A program made the translations under genes and the position numbers. A DNA stretch of 64,000 nucleotides from Eledone cirrhosa (taxonomy: Eukaryota), in the NCBI GenBank assembly GCA_964016885.1, contig CAXHJY010001561.1, positions 14,800-78,799 of the forward strand, in the 5' to 3' direction. Position 1 is the first letter of the stretch. Every line of letters starts with the position of its first letter. The notes beneath the pieces were generated by a model. That model was not told where the DNA came from. It made no database searches and was given only the letters and a program-made list of their open reading frames with translations. Below, piece after piece: positions 1-13,869 of the stretch.

Positions 1-230
1 TTAACCATTAGGTCCTCGGTTCGATCACACTGCGTGGCAAGGGTCATTTATTCTAGCCACGAGTCAGCCCATGTCTTGTGAGTGAAATTGAGTAAAGAAA
101 ATGATTGGGAAGCCCGTCAGATGGACTGTACATATAATACAAAGGACCACCCTTGACAAACAACTGAATCACGCTGAATCTCCGTTACGGCTGCTCGTGT
201 CTGCTCAGCCACTTACACTCAAATTGAGCT
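1..230 (+). mobile_element. Degenerate tRNA-derived CORE-like SINE (5' cut by window edge)
   Basis: GGTTCGATC box-B-like motif, then CACTGCGTGGCA...TTGTGAGTGAAATTG...GAAGCCCGTC and the GCTCAGCCACTT tail shared with copies at 22200, 38545, 54920 and 58035. Confidence 0.55.
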
Positions 231-420
231 AAGCAACAACATCATTAGCCACAGAGTCATTTGTCTACTGGATCAGGACTGATCTTGAGCTAAGGAACAT
301 CAGTAGCCAGTGAGTTTTGTTTGTCTACTAGATCAAGGCTGATCTTAAGCAACAACATCAGTAAACCCTGAGTCATTTGTGTACCGGATCAGGGCTGATC
401 TTGAGCGGACCCTCAGGTTG
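225..420. repeat. Short tandem array of a ~60-bp unit (3-4 copies) derived from a dispersed repeat end
   Basis: Repeated ...CTACTGGATCAGGRCTGATCTTGAGCTAAGCAACAACATC...; reverse complement resembles the unit tandemised at 61412-61630. Confidence 0.6.
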
Positions 421-857
421 ACATGCCTGTTCTATCCGACGTTCTAACGACTCTGCCAATTCGCCACCTTTCAACTCTTCTACTAAATATTTTATACAAT
501 AAGCAGTAATTAGGTTGAGACAGTCGAGATTCGAACTTAAAATATTTACCCATATAGAGCAGCATTGTAAAAATCACGGACATCCGCTCAACGGTGGTAA
601 ATAAAGTCGATTCTATTAAGAGATTGAGTATATTCAGATAATATATATCTATGAATAATTTCCTTCAATTTGACCTACTTTTATGTCAAATTATTTCTAA
701 TTATCTATGCAGTATCTCCCCCAATCAATAGAGAAATGAATAAACTATGACAATTGATGAGGATATGTTTAATGATGCAAATGCCGTGCCACACCGGATA
801 CACACGTACGTATTATCGAGTGTCAACACACACATCTACACACACATACTCTCAGAC

Positions 858-1699
<842 letters not shown>

Positions 1700-1710
<11 letters not shown>

Positions 1711-1872
1711 AGATCAAAAGATGGTTAAAGGAGTTCCATATATTTTATTATGCGCATTTCAAAAACAAACATCATCATGCAATAATATTTGTGTTTTCAT
1801 CAGATAAAACAGGAGAACATGATATGAAGGCTAAAAAACACTTGTGGATAGTGCAGTTTTAAATCAACATAT
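1700..1872 (-). mobile_element. Family B element copy 1 (hammerhead-bearing, TA-embedded)
   Basis: Near-identical to 7282-7444; may continue into the purine-rich, internally duplicated segment 1873-2820. Confidence 0.8.
1742..1810 (-). ncRNA. Putative type-I hammerhead ribozyme (family B)
   Basis: Minus strand: GTTTTAT-CTGATGA-[long stem II ACAAATATTATT/GATGATGTTTGT]-GAAA-TGCGCA-TA-ATAAAAT; intact core, palindromic stem III, AUA triplet. Confidence 0.75.
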
Positions 1873-2819
1873 GAAAAGTGGTTTTAGATTGATGTGTGAT
1901 ATTGGGAAAAATATTTTATTTAGAGAGGGGGGGAAAGAGATGAGAGGGAGAGATGAGTGATAGAGAGAAAGAGATAGTTTTTATAACTGAGAGGAGATAT
2001 ATTTTTTACATAGAGAGGTTGAAAACCGTTGGAAGATACTGTATAAATTAAAAATTTTGAAAATTAACGAAGGGAGGATATGTGCGAGGAAAAAATATTT
2101 TATTTAGGGAGGGGGGGGGTGGAGAGGATGAAAAAAAGGGGGAGGAGATGAGAGTGAAGGTGGAGAGGGAGAGATGGGTGATAGAGAGAAAGAGATAGTT
2201 TTTATAACTGAGAAAAAGATATGTTGTTTTAATATAGAGAGGTTGGGAACCGTTGGAAGATAATGTATAAATTAAAGGAATTTGAAAATTAACGAAGGGA
2301 AATTATGTATGAAGATAGAGAGAAAAAAATAATAATTGTGGGTGAATATTCTAACGTCAAAAAAAGAAATGTATGTATTGTGGCAATTTCAAAATTAGCG
2401 AAGAGAAAAATTGTTAAGGTTTGTGTGTAGAAGGATTTGAGAAAAATAATGTGAAGTTAAAGTTTGTATATTGATTGAATTGATAATATATGCGAATAAA
2501 GAGTTAATATGTATTAATAATGAGTTCGTTGATGGGGAGAAAAAAATAATAATAAATTAAGGATGAAATTGAGATTAAAAAGATTTATGATAGAGAGAAA
2601 AAAAAAGATTTATGATAGAGAGAAAAAATAATAATGATTGCGGATGAATATTCAAATGTCAAAAACAAATGTTATGATTTTACGAGAAGATAGAATGAGG
2701 GTAATGAGTAAACGAGTATTATAGAGTGTATAATGCCCTTTAAAGTAAGGTAGATGGGTATATTTTAAAGAGGTGTATGTATATGTGCCTTTGAGAAAAT
2801 ATTCTAAATTGATAAAGAA

Positions 2820-2839
2820 TTGTATATATATATATATAA

Positions 2840-2872
<33 letters not shown>

Positions 2873-2958
2873 AATATATATATATATGTATATAAATATA
2901 TATATGTCTATAAATATATATATATATATATAAATATATATATGTAAATATATATATG

Positions 2959-2996
<38 letters not shown>

Positions 2997-3210
2997 TATA
3001 TGTATATATAAATATATATATTTCACGATTTCATATAAAAAACCTCGCTAAACTAATTCATCGCCGCTAAACTAAATATATATATATATAAATATATAAA
3101 TATATATATAAATGTATATATAAATATATAGATAGATTTATATATATACATTTATATATATATATATAGAGAGAGAGAGAGAAAGAGAGAAAGAGAGAGA
3201 GAGAGCGATT

Positions 3211-3258
<48 letters not shown>

Positions 3259-3439
3259 TATACATACACACACTATTAGCAGTTTACCAAGTGATGGCGA
3301 AATGAACAGACCTGCTTTTTTTCTATTTCTTCTTCCATTTTTTAGTTTCTCATTCTATTTTTTTTATAAAGGACTGGCGTCCGAAATATTAAGACAGAAA
3401 TATGTATGTATCTATATAGATATATATAGATATATATAG

Positions 3440-3533
<94 letters not shown>
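2820..3533. repeat. (TA)n and (GA)n microsatellites with small inserts
   Basis: Direct inspection. Confidence 0.9.
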
Positions 3534-3536
<3 letters not shown>

Positions 3537-4285
3537 ATTGATATCACATCATCGTGAGCCTTACAATTATGGGTTCGAATCCTATCCTGTGAATGAATTA
3601 ATTAATGATCGATAGATTTTCAAAGTTGAGTTATTTACGCTGTTGACTATATCTTTCATAAAAACTTGCCATCCAATAGCGCCATGTCATACCTTTTTAC
3701 TTTTCTGTTATATTCTCTTTCCTTGTGTTTTGCTTTATATTTATTTTTTATTTTTTTTATTTTTGCTCTGCTTTACATTTGTTGTTTTACTATGATTTTT
3801 TTTTTTTCTTTTTTTGTTTTTTTTTCAAACAAGAATTACCTGTTCCTTTCGCAAGTCCGATGTTAAGTAATTAAGCCACGCCAAAATCTTTCAAGAATAT
3901 TTGTATTACGATAGCGTCTAGAGATCACGGATTGCTCTTATTTTTACTATCTAGTTGTATTTCTGTTTTCATATTGGTACGTTTGTTTCTGTGAGCGTGT
4001 TCTGATTATATAAATATATTTATGCATGTGTGTAAAAGTTCGTTATATTTCGTGTCTTTGCATGAAAGTACTGTTACTGTATATCTTATAGATTTTGGGG
4101 TTTCGGGGGGGTTCAACAAATACTTGGCGAGGTATATGTTACTGATTGCATGTCAACGTATTTGTGATCACAGAAATATGTATGTATGTAACCTGTGAAT
4201 TTGCTCTTCAGTTTGAATTTTTACAAATGCGAATTTTGTATTTAACTACGTAGGCATAAACTTATGTGAGCGCACATATACATAC

Positions 4286-4329
<44 letters not shown>

Positions 4330-4332
<3 letters not shown>

Positions 4333-4520
4333 AAGAATGAAGAGTAACATGGTTGGCTGTACAACAAGGGGCTTTATTTCAGGTATTAACAATTGTTTCA
4401 TTGATGAGGTTAGTCTAGAGGCCACTAATCGCTCGAAGTTGCGTCACTCGATCTCCATTATATTATTTACCTCTGACCAAATCCTCAGAATACGTACCTA
4501 TAACGATAACTTGTTATCCC
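4330..4520. mobile_element. Family J short element between (TA)n tracts
   Basis: Both ends (AAAGAATGAAGAGTAACATGGTTGGCTGTA and CCTATAACGATAACTTGTTATCCC) recur at 22800-23064; the minus strand has a hammerhead-like 3' half GAAA-CAATTG-TT. Confidence 0.65.
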
Positions 4521-4542
4521 ATATATATATATATATATATAT

Positions 4543-4720
4543 GGCCAACTCTCCGATCCCGCCCTGTCCGTCCCTTCAAATTTTCTAATTTCTCATTCTT
4601 TCTTCTAATGAAGGAGTAACGTCCGAAACGTTCAGATTCTCTTCCTATTTCAAGCGTTAAACTAATATATTCCTTCCATATAGTGTACCGTTTTTATTGT
4701 TATTTCTGTTTACCTTTTAC
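4543..4720 (+). mobile_element. Family A element with degenerate minimal hammerhead (4601-4636)
   Basis: TCTT-CTAATGA-A-GGA-gtaacg-TCC-GAAA-CG-TT-CAGA; related copies at about 3365-3400, 15636-15735 and 35572-35607(-); the 3' end TTTCTGTTTACCTTTTACATAC joins (TACA)n. Confidence 0.6.
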
Positions 4721-4979
4721 ATACATACATACATACACACACGCGCACACACATATATATATATCTGCATACATATATAAACATCTATATATATATACAT
4801 ATATATATATTCTATACATATATATAGATATACATACATATATATATACATACATATATATACATATATATATATATATACATATATATATACATATATA
4901 TAGATATACATACATATATATATACATACATATATATACATATATATATATATATATACATATATGTATGTATATATAC

Positions 4980-5058
<79 letters not shown>

Positions 5059-5060
5059 TG

Positions 5061-5106
<46 letters not shown>

Positions 5107-5125
5107 TACATACATATATATACAT

Positions 5126-5272
5126 GTCTTCAAGAAGACATACGTCAAGCAACTTGAGGACAATACTGGATGCACTGCGGAAGAAATGGCAAACGCTATG
5201 AGAGGCAGAGATGGATGGAGGAAACGTGTCGTAGAAAGCCGAGCAAGCTCGACCTGATGATGATGATGATGA
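5126..5272 (+). mobile_element. 3' end of RTE-clade LINE (5'-truncated) with (TGA)n tail
   Basis: Translates [41 protein letters not shown], resembling the RTE C-terminus (TY..L..DTG...E...AM.DR..WR..V), followed by a trinucleotide tail. Confidence 0.8.
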
Positions 5273-5410
5273 TATATACATATATATATATACATATATA
5301 CATACATATACATATATATATATATACATATATCTATGTATGTATATATATATATACCTTTTACATACATACACACACAGATAGATAGATAGATATACAT
5401 ATATATATAT

Positions 5411-5670
5411 GTAGAAGTTATATTTAATTTGTTGGGATACAAGAAGCAAATATTTTTATAACTGATATAAAGCACTCAACAAATTTTTGGAGCTTCCAAC
5501 CGACATGGTCGCATTCTTTAAGGGTATGTCAATATTTGTTTATAAAACTGATCTATATTATATTTTATCTGATGAAAGCGCACCATAATTTGCTTTGGTG
5601 TCCTTGAAATATGTATAATGAAATAAATATGGTTTTATAAATATAGTTTCCATTTGTTAATATATCATAT
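5411..5670 (+). mobile_element. Family C element copy 1: inverted 3' end plus forward hammerhead segment
   Basis: 5413-5492 is the reverse complement of 6425-6505; 5520-5668 is homologous to 6270-6418. Confidence 0.75.
5561..5625 (+). ncRNA. Putative type-I hammerhead ribozyme (family C1)
   Basis: TATTTTAT-CTGATGA-AAG..CACCA/TGGTG..CTT-GAAA-TATGTA-TA-ATGAAATA. Confidence 0.75.
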
Positions 5671-5692
5671 ATATATATATATATATATATAT

Positions 5693-5865
5693 AACGAAGG
5701 AATTGCGGTAAGGAACCAGATGGACCATAACGCACCAGAGTACTCAATACTTAGGGTAGTAGAGTGGGAAATAGGATTTTTTTTTTAAATTCTTATTTAG
5801 TCCAGAAACCAGAAATAGCCGTAGAAACGGCTTGAGCTCTTCCGTCGGGGTCATACTTTTTCCTA
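5693..5865. mobile_element. Family D element copy 2 with inverted distal part
   Basis: AACGAAGGAATTGCGGTAAGGAACCAGATGGACCATAACGCACCAGAGTACTCAATAC matches 55833; flanked by (TA)n. Confidence 0.75.
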
Positions 5866-5952
5866 TATATATATATATATATATATATAAATATATATGT
5901 GTATGTATACACACATATATGTATACATATATATATGTATATATGTATGTAT

Positions 5953-5991
<39 letters not shown>

Positions 5992-6005
5992 TATTATATA
6001 TATTA

Positions 6006-6037
<32 letters not shown>

Positions 6038-6041
6038 GTCA

Positions 6042-6508
6042 TATGATATTAAATAAATGGAAACTATATTTATAAAACCATATTTATTTCGTTATATATA
6101 TTTCAGGGATATCATATTAACAATATGTTATGCCGTCTTCAGACAAAATACAATATAAACAGTCTTATAAATAAATAGATACGACATACCTTTCAATCAC
6201 CTTGCATTTGTGAGGTTGATTTGTGAGGTTGATCTGCCAAATCAACCTCACAAATGCAAGGTGATTGAAAGGTATGTCGTATCTATTTATTTATAAGACT
6301 GTTTATATTGTATTTTGTCTGAAGAAGGCATAACATATTGTTAATATGATATCCCTGAAATATATATAACGAAATAAATATGGTTTTATAAATATAGTTT
6401 CCATTTATTTAATATCATAAATATACTCCAAATACTTGTTGAGTGCTTTTATATCAGTTATAAATATTTACTCGTTGTTAACCCAACAATTTAAATATAA
6501 CTTTCCAT
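6042..6508 (+). mobile_element. Family C element copy 2: 182-bp-arm fold-back plus 3' end
   Basis: Arms 6042-6223 and 6238-6419 are reverse complements with one visible mismatch. Confidence 0.85.
6311..6376 (+). ncRNA. Putative type-I hammerhead ribozyme (family C2); mirror copy on minus at 6085-6150
   Basis: TATTTTGT-CTGAAGA-AGG..CATATT/AATATG..CCT-GAAA-TATATA-TA-ACGAAATA; compensatory changes relative to C1. Confidence 0.8.
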
Positions 6509-7104
6509 ATATATGTCATATATATATATAATACATACATATGTATATATATGAGGACTCCTTTGGATAGGGTGCATATTGTGTTGCGTGTTTATGTGCG
6601 CGTGTATGCGTGTTAAGAACAATAGAACAAACTTTACAACCACTTTTTCCCCTGTTTATTTAAAGGGCAGGAGTTATACATTTGTGGGGGGGGGGGTGAG
6701 ACCTTGCTACTATATGCACACATTTGTGTAAGAATATGTACTCTTTTTTTTGTGCATTTCATATTGTATTTATGTAAGTATACGTGTGTGTACGTGAGGG
6801 ATGTGTCTGTGTGAGTGTGTATGTTTATGTGTATGTTTATGTGTATGTTTATGCCTACGTCTATAAGTCAACACAGTAATGTCCTTTGCTTTGTTCCAGT
6901 CGGTAAAAGGTAAAATACTGGGGTGATGAGGGGGTATAGGTAGTTATTGTATCCATTAATAAGCTATTTTTCATGTTTCAAACTGGAAGACATGTCACTA
7001 TGTCGATATATATATCAGTGTATCTAAACATACGATTTGATTGCAGTGACATACTGTCGTGTCTCCTTCTGTATCCACTTTAAAAGTTCGTATATGTGTG
7101 TATG

Positions 7105-7146
<42 letters not shown>

Positions 7147-7320
7147 GACATATATATATTATATATATTTAGACATATATATATTATATATATATGTAGG
7201 AGGTGAGTTTTATTGTAGTACAATAAAGCAATGCAGATATCGGATAAGAAGCACTCTACAGTTTGTAGGACTGGAGTATACATAATATAAGATCAAAAGA
7301 TGGTTAAAGGAGTTCCATGT

Positions 7321-7389
7321 ATTTTATTATGCGCATTTCAAAAACAAACATCATCATGCAATAATATTTGTGTTTTCATCAGATAAAAC
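7321..7389 (-). ncRNA. Putative hammerhead ribozyme (family B, left arm)
   Basis: Same fold as 1742-1810. Confidence 0.75.
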
Positions 7390-7507
7390 AGGAGAACATG
7401 ATATGAAGGCTAAAAAACACTTGTGGATAGTGCAGTTTTAAATCAACATATCGATTTAAAACTGCACTATCCACAAGTGTTTTTTAGCCTTCATATCATG
7501 TTCTCCT

Positions 7508-7576
7508 GTTTTATCTGATGAAAACACAAATATTATTGCATGATGATGTTTGTTTTTGAAATGCGCATAATAAAAT
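7508..7576 (+). ncRNA. Putative hammerhead ribozyme (family B, right arm)
   Basis: GTTTTAT(7508)-CTGATGA(7515)...GAAA(7558)-TGCGCA-TA-ATAAAAT. Confidence 0.75.
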
Positions 7577-7770
7577 ACATGGAACTCCTTTAACCATCTT
7601 TTGATCTTATATTATATTATATATATATATATTTAGACATATATATATTATATATGTACATTATGTATAAGTATTATATTTATATATATATATGTATATA
7701 TATACATAAATATATTATATATGTACATTATATACATGTATCTATATATCTATATATATATATATATAAT

Positions 7771-7870
7771 AATAATTGTTTCTACTTTAGGCACAAGGCC
7801 AGCAATTACCCAGTGCATTACTGGTACTTTATTTTATCGACCCCGTAAGGATGAAAGGCAAAGTCAACCT
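7771..7870 (-). mobile_element. Meta-core SINE, 3' half, inverted relative to the neighbouring copy
   Basis: Reverse complement of about 7978-8077. Confidence 0.85.
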
Positions 7871-7887
7871 CAAAGTCAACATTATCA

Positions 7888-8077
7888 GGGCGGTGAATTG
7901 GCAGTATCGGTAGAGGGTCGGACGCCATGCTTTCCAGCATAGTTACGTCCCTTTACGATCTGAGTTCAAATCCCGCCGAGGTTAACTTTGCCTTTCATCC
8001 TTACGGGGTCGATAACATAAAGTACCAGTAATGCACTGGGTAATTTGCTGGCCTTGTGCCTAAAGTAGAAACAATTA
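7888..8077 (+). mobile_element. Full-length young tRNA-derived SINE with Meta-like core
   Basis: Box A-like TGGCAGTATCGG (7899), box B GAGTTCAAATCCC (7962), core GCCTTTCATCCTTACGGGGTCGATAA..AAAGTACCAG, 3' end GTAGAAACAATTAT; more than 20 copies in the window. Confidence 0.9.
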
Positions 8078-8227
8078 TATATGTACATTATATATATGTA
8101 TTATACATATATATATCTATATATTATATGTACATTATATATATGTATTATATATCCATATATATCTATATTATATGTACATTATATATATGTATTATAT
8201 ATCTCTATATATCTATATAAATATAAA

Positions 8228-8341
8228 AGGAACGATCGACTTTCGTCAAATCGGACCGAGGAAACAATGTTTCCATTGGTCTTTCCAATTGCTAATACTA
8301 TCTATCGGTCGCAACTCTTGGTAGGCAGAGCACTAATCGCA

Positions 8342-8345
<4 letters not shown>
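8228..8345. mobile_element. Family G short dispersed element abutting (TA)n
   Basis: CGTCAAATCGGACCGAGGAAACAAT..TTTCCATTGGTCTTTCCAATTGCTAATACTATCT also at about 15452-15522. Confidence 0.65.
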
Positions 8346-8375
<30 letters not shown>

Positions 8376-8454
8376 ATTTACAGAAACCCAAGAAGCTAGA
8401 TTTACCATCTTTCTAGCGGGTCCGGGTATGCTTTTTACATTCATTTGATTTATT

Positions 8455-8660
8455 GATTTATTGATATTTTATCTGAGTGTCCCGAATCTTCCAGATCGTA
8501 ATTTTTCGGTCGTATGGTTGATTTTAGACATGTTCTATGTGTGTCGGTATTTTAACGATAGTTATAGCTCTGATTTATCTGAATTATTGAGCCCTCTGCC
8601 GCTCATTTCGAATTTTGTTTATCGTGAACTCGTGCGCCGATTTTTCGATACTCGATTATT
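8455..8660 (-). pseudogene. Possible decayed Penelope-like RT thumb fragment
   Basis: Minus strand reads [19 protein letters not shown]...THIEHV/KINHT with stops and frameshifts, resembling IRNELRRTRS...LKINRYP at 46020-46230. Confidence 0.35.
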
Positions 8661-8661
8661 C

Positions 8662-9390
<729 letters not shown>

Positions 9391-9459
9391 AAAAAGAGAT
9401 GAAATCGAAAATGCAACTGGAGTCTTATTTTTTTTTTAAATATATATATTTATTTGGTT

Positions 9460-9497
9460 CCTTTACCGGTTTCGCAGTTCTTCTGCTTTTCAAAAGG
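9460..9497 (-). ncRNA. Variant-core hammerhead-like fold (TTGAAAA core)
   Basis: Minus: CCTT-TTGAAAA-GCAG-aagaa-CTGC-GAAA-CCGG-TA-AAGG; all three stems present, core deviates from CUGANGA. Confidence 0.45.
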
Positions 9498-9581
9498 TGA
9501 GTTGAGATGGCGGGTCTGTGGTTTTTCTTTCACTCGTGTAGGACACCTCGGTTATTTTTCATTTTGTAAAAAAAACCTCAC

Positions 9582-9624
<43 letters not shown>

Positions 9625-9842
9625 GTAGTGTAAATAACTCATACTGAAACCCTGTAATTAACAAGCTCAAAGTATAAATACTCTCTGTCCGAGAGATATA
9701 ATAGTTATTGAGGCGGTTTGTATAATTTTATTTTATTTTATCATTCTGTCTGCTTCATGGTTAAATATTTCAAACAAATGTGGTTCTCCAACCCTCGTAA
9801 ATTAGACACACGATTTACTGTGTTTCTTACTACATATATTAT

Positions 9843-9944
<102 letters not shown>

Positions 9945-10405
9945 GTACAGATTTTGGTCTTCATAATTATTATTACTATGTATATATATATATATATATA
10001 TATAAGTATGTATATATTCTACACAAAATTACGATCCGATCATATGTCAAATAAACAAATTGAGTATGTGTATGTATGTGTGAATGAAAATGTTTGTATG
10101 TATGTGCGTTTGTCTCTTATAATATTACAGCGTGTCCTATGTGTAAACAATTTTAAATCTCTCAATTTAACATTTGTCAACATAAAATCGATGTTGCAAG
10201 GTCGTTTCAAAACATTTCTGATAAATACCAAAACCTTCGTTTCCCATATAATGTGTTTTCTTATTCTAGTTTTATAGTTCAGTTGTTCTGTTACAGCTTA
10301 TTATCAACAAATAAATCCATTAAGTTTTTCTTATAGATTTTCCACTAGGATTCAAAACACAATATCTATAAATACTGTTCATTTCTATATTTATGATGAG
10401 ATTAT

Positions 10406-10698
<293 letters not shown>

Positions 10699-10829
10699 TA
10701 GTATGTTTGCGCATGTCAGTGTGTGTACGTGTATACTTGCATAGCTATTTTTTTTACATCTACTTACATCTACTTTGTACATATATATATACATGTGTGT
10801 GTGTGTATGTATACATATATATATACATA

Positions 10830-11150
10830 TATACATACATACATTATATAAATATATATATTATATTTGCATACATACATTATATAAATATATATATTAT
10901 ATTTACATACATACATTATATAAATATATATATTATATATACATACATACATTATATAAATATATATATTATATATACATACATACATTATATAAATATA
11001 TATATTATATATACATACATACATTATATAAATATATATATTATATATACATACATACATTATATAAATATATATATTATATATACATACATACATTATA
11101 TAAATATTATATATACATACATACATTATATAAATATATATATTATATAT

Positions 11151-11157
<7 letters not shown>
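10830..11157. repeat. 36-bp AT-rich minisatellite (~9 units)
   Basis: Unit contains ACATACATACATTATATAAATATATATATTAT; 12-aa periodicity in the ORF track. Confidence 0.85.
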
Positions 11158-11194
<37 letters not shown>

Positions 11195-11197
11195 GCG

Positions 11198-11243
<46 letters not shown>

Positions 11244-11461
11244 CGTGCAGCGAGATATAAGCAGAAAGGAGATATTAATATAAGAGAGAATGGTTAATAT
11301 ACGAGAAATGACAGGCAGCTAGAAAAGAAGGAATTGAAGAAAGAAACAACGTGGAATGATGGATATATGGAATATGTTAGTTAGATATGTAGTGAGACGA
11401 CTGACAGACAAATAATTGTTTCTACTTTTGGCACAAGGCCAGCTATTACCCCAGCGCATTA

Positions 11462-11637
11462 CAAAGAGCGCAGCTCCCTAATTCATAGTCTACAAGTGGC
11501 TGCGATAGCTGGCACCTTCAAAATTTGCAAAACATTCTTGCGATTCAAGGGATGACAATTTCTTTTCTTTTACAACCTTGCCACCAGGAAGGTGGCCGGT
11601 CAAAAGATATACTCGAAATTAAGAGAAAAAGATAATA
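11462..11637 (+). mobile_element. 3' end of RLE-type non-LTR retrotransposon (R4/Dong-like), copy 1
   Basis: Translates KERSSLIHSLQVAAIAGTFKICKTFLRFKG*, like the LQ...I.GT.KI.K.FL C-terminus; followed by a short 3' UTR. Confidence 0.6.
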
Positions 11638-11671
11638 TATATACATAGATAGATATATACCTACATATATA

Positions 11672-11945
11672 ATGACTGTTATCAAGTATGGCCATTGCAC
11701 GATATACTATTATTAATAATTATCAATTAATGCTATCGTGCAATGCCTGTGCGTGAAGATTTTTTCTAAAGTAAGGAAAGACTGTGCACTGAGCCAATCC
11801 CACTCTCTGAGCGACAGTAGCTGTAACCCCAAAAGAAGAAAAGATCAACATCATCGGTAACTACTGAGCCGCAGGTTTATATCGGAGTTATCCCAGTTTC
11901 CTGACCCAGAATGCCCTGACAAAGGCTAGGGGTCCTTCAGTCCCA
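11672..11945 (-). mobile_element. Family L non-autonomous retroposon (possibly RTE-derived bipartite)
   Basis: Homologous to 13870-14195(+), 20513-20636(+) and 43572-43613(+); the other copies share a fixed 3' end GCAGCCATCAT; internal hairpin CATTGCACGATA/TATCGTGCAATG. Confidence 0.65.
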
Positions 11946-12010
11946 ATACATACATACATACATACATACATACATACATACATACATACATACATACATA
12001 CATACATACA

Positions 12011-12378
12011 AATGGCTGCGATAGCTAGCTAGCACCTTTAAAAATTTTCAAAATATTCTTGCAATTCAACGGTTGATAGTTTCTTTCCTTTTACAATTTC
12101 CTACCAGGAAGGTGGCCGGTCAAAAATGTACTCGAAATTAAGAGAAAGAGAGAGATATATACACACATACATACATACATACATACATACATACATACAT
12201 ACATACATACATACATACATACATACATACATACAAATGGCTGCGATAGCTGGCACCTTCAAAATTTGCAAAACATTCTTGCGATTCAAGGGATGACAAT
12301 TTCTTTTCTTTTACAACCTTGCCACCAGGAAGGTGGCCGGTCAAAAAAATATACTCAAAATTAAGAGAAAGAGAAAAC
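12011..12378 (+). mobile_element. Two further truncated copies of the R4/Dong-like 3' end, each bounded by (TACA)n
   Basis: 12011-12155 and 12236-12378 both begin at AATGGCTGCGATAGCT and end near AAATTAAGAGAAAGAGA. Confidence 0.7.
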
Positions 12379-13782
12379 ATACATACATACATACATACAT
12401 ACATACATGTAATAACTGCATGTACACATATAACTCAAAATATACACATTCACACGTACAATAGCATCCATATCTACACATGCAGACATGCATACAAATC
12501 TATCTAGTCGATGTTGTTTAAATTCCAATGAAAGAATCTTATGTCTATGTTAGAAACCGACTCTCTCTCTATTGATAAAAATTTATAAAATTATAAAATC
12601 AAAAGAACATACATACATACATACACACATACATACACACATACTTACGTACATAGATACATACATAAATGCATACATACATACAAACATTCAAATAGAT
12701 AAATACATAAATAAATTTTAAAAAAATACAAACATACATTCATACATACATACATACACACGTACATAGATACATGCATAAATACATACATACATGCATC
12801 ATATACACATATATACACACACATGCAATCATACATACACATACATACATACGTATGTAAATTTACACATACATACATACTTCAAAAGAAAAATTTATAT
12901 ACTACGCAGATATGAGTCCAATAATTACTACTTTATCTATAAATATATTTGCCATTAGTTATCAATGCGACTTTCTAAGGTTGAAATCGAAGCCAAGATA
13001 AATGCATGTTGAAATTACGATACTCACGTCTGTAGTTAAACTGTATATTGTCGATTGGAAAAAAAGTTATTTTCCTTTTTCTATTCAATATATTCATATC
13101 TTATGATAGCTTTCACATCAATTCAATAGACATGTTGAATATACATGCGGCTAACACTTCAATCTATACAAAACCTGGAATAATACCCACGTTTTCAGAT
13201 TAAACATTGCTCCAAAAACCACGGTTTACTTTATTCATAAACATCAACTATTTTCTCTATAATTCTACACTGAAACAATTTCTTTTTTTTTTTTTTTTTT
13301 TTTTGCCACATATATCGATTTCTATATTTTACAAGAGTTTACAAGTTTTCATTTCTTTCTGAAGCCTAAAGCTCCACATCGTTCTCAAAGATAAATGTAT
13401 GATGCGATATGTAGCGAAACCATCTCCAGCGGCAATCTGGTGCATTTGGTGGCAGACACAGGTTTCTTTGTCTGACAAACTGAAGATCACAACCTGTTGA
13501 AATATCGTCCACTTTCCATTAGGTTTATCGTATTTTTTTATCCCCCATAAACCCCTCCCCACTAACAGCTAGAGGGTCAGAATTGGCCACACGCAGGACT
13601 GAGGCTCTCAATTTGGAATGGTTATTTGAACACGTCTACCTCGCTATCCTCTGTGGTAACGCTTTCTCCATTCTGTCCGTTGGAACCCTGAGGCGGTTTG
13701 CACCTTTGCCTTTCATCCTTTCAAGGTCAAATTAATAAAGTACAAGCCCAACACTGGGGTTGGTTCTCTATATTCATGTATG

Positions 13783-13866
<84 letters not shown>

Positions 13867-13869
13867 GCG

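Larger units (their letters stand above)
7195..7615. mobile_element. Family B element copy 2: perfect 163-bp-arm palindrome
   Basis: Arms 7282-7444 and 7453-7615 with an 8-nt loop; the flank motif ATATTTAGACATATATATATTATATAT is present on both sides (TSD-like). Confidence 0.9.

Noticed and set aside
7888-7980. tRNA gene
   Set aside because: A and B boxes belong to a multi-copy SINE head; no cloverleaf or terminator
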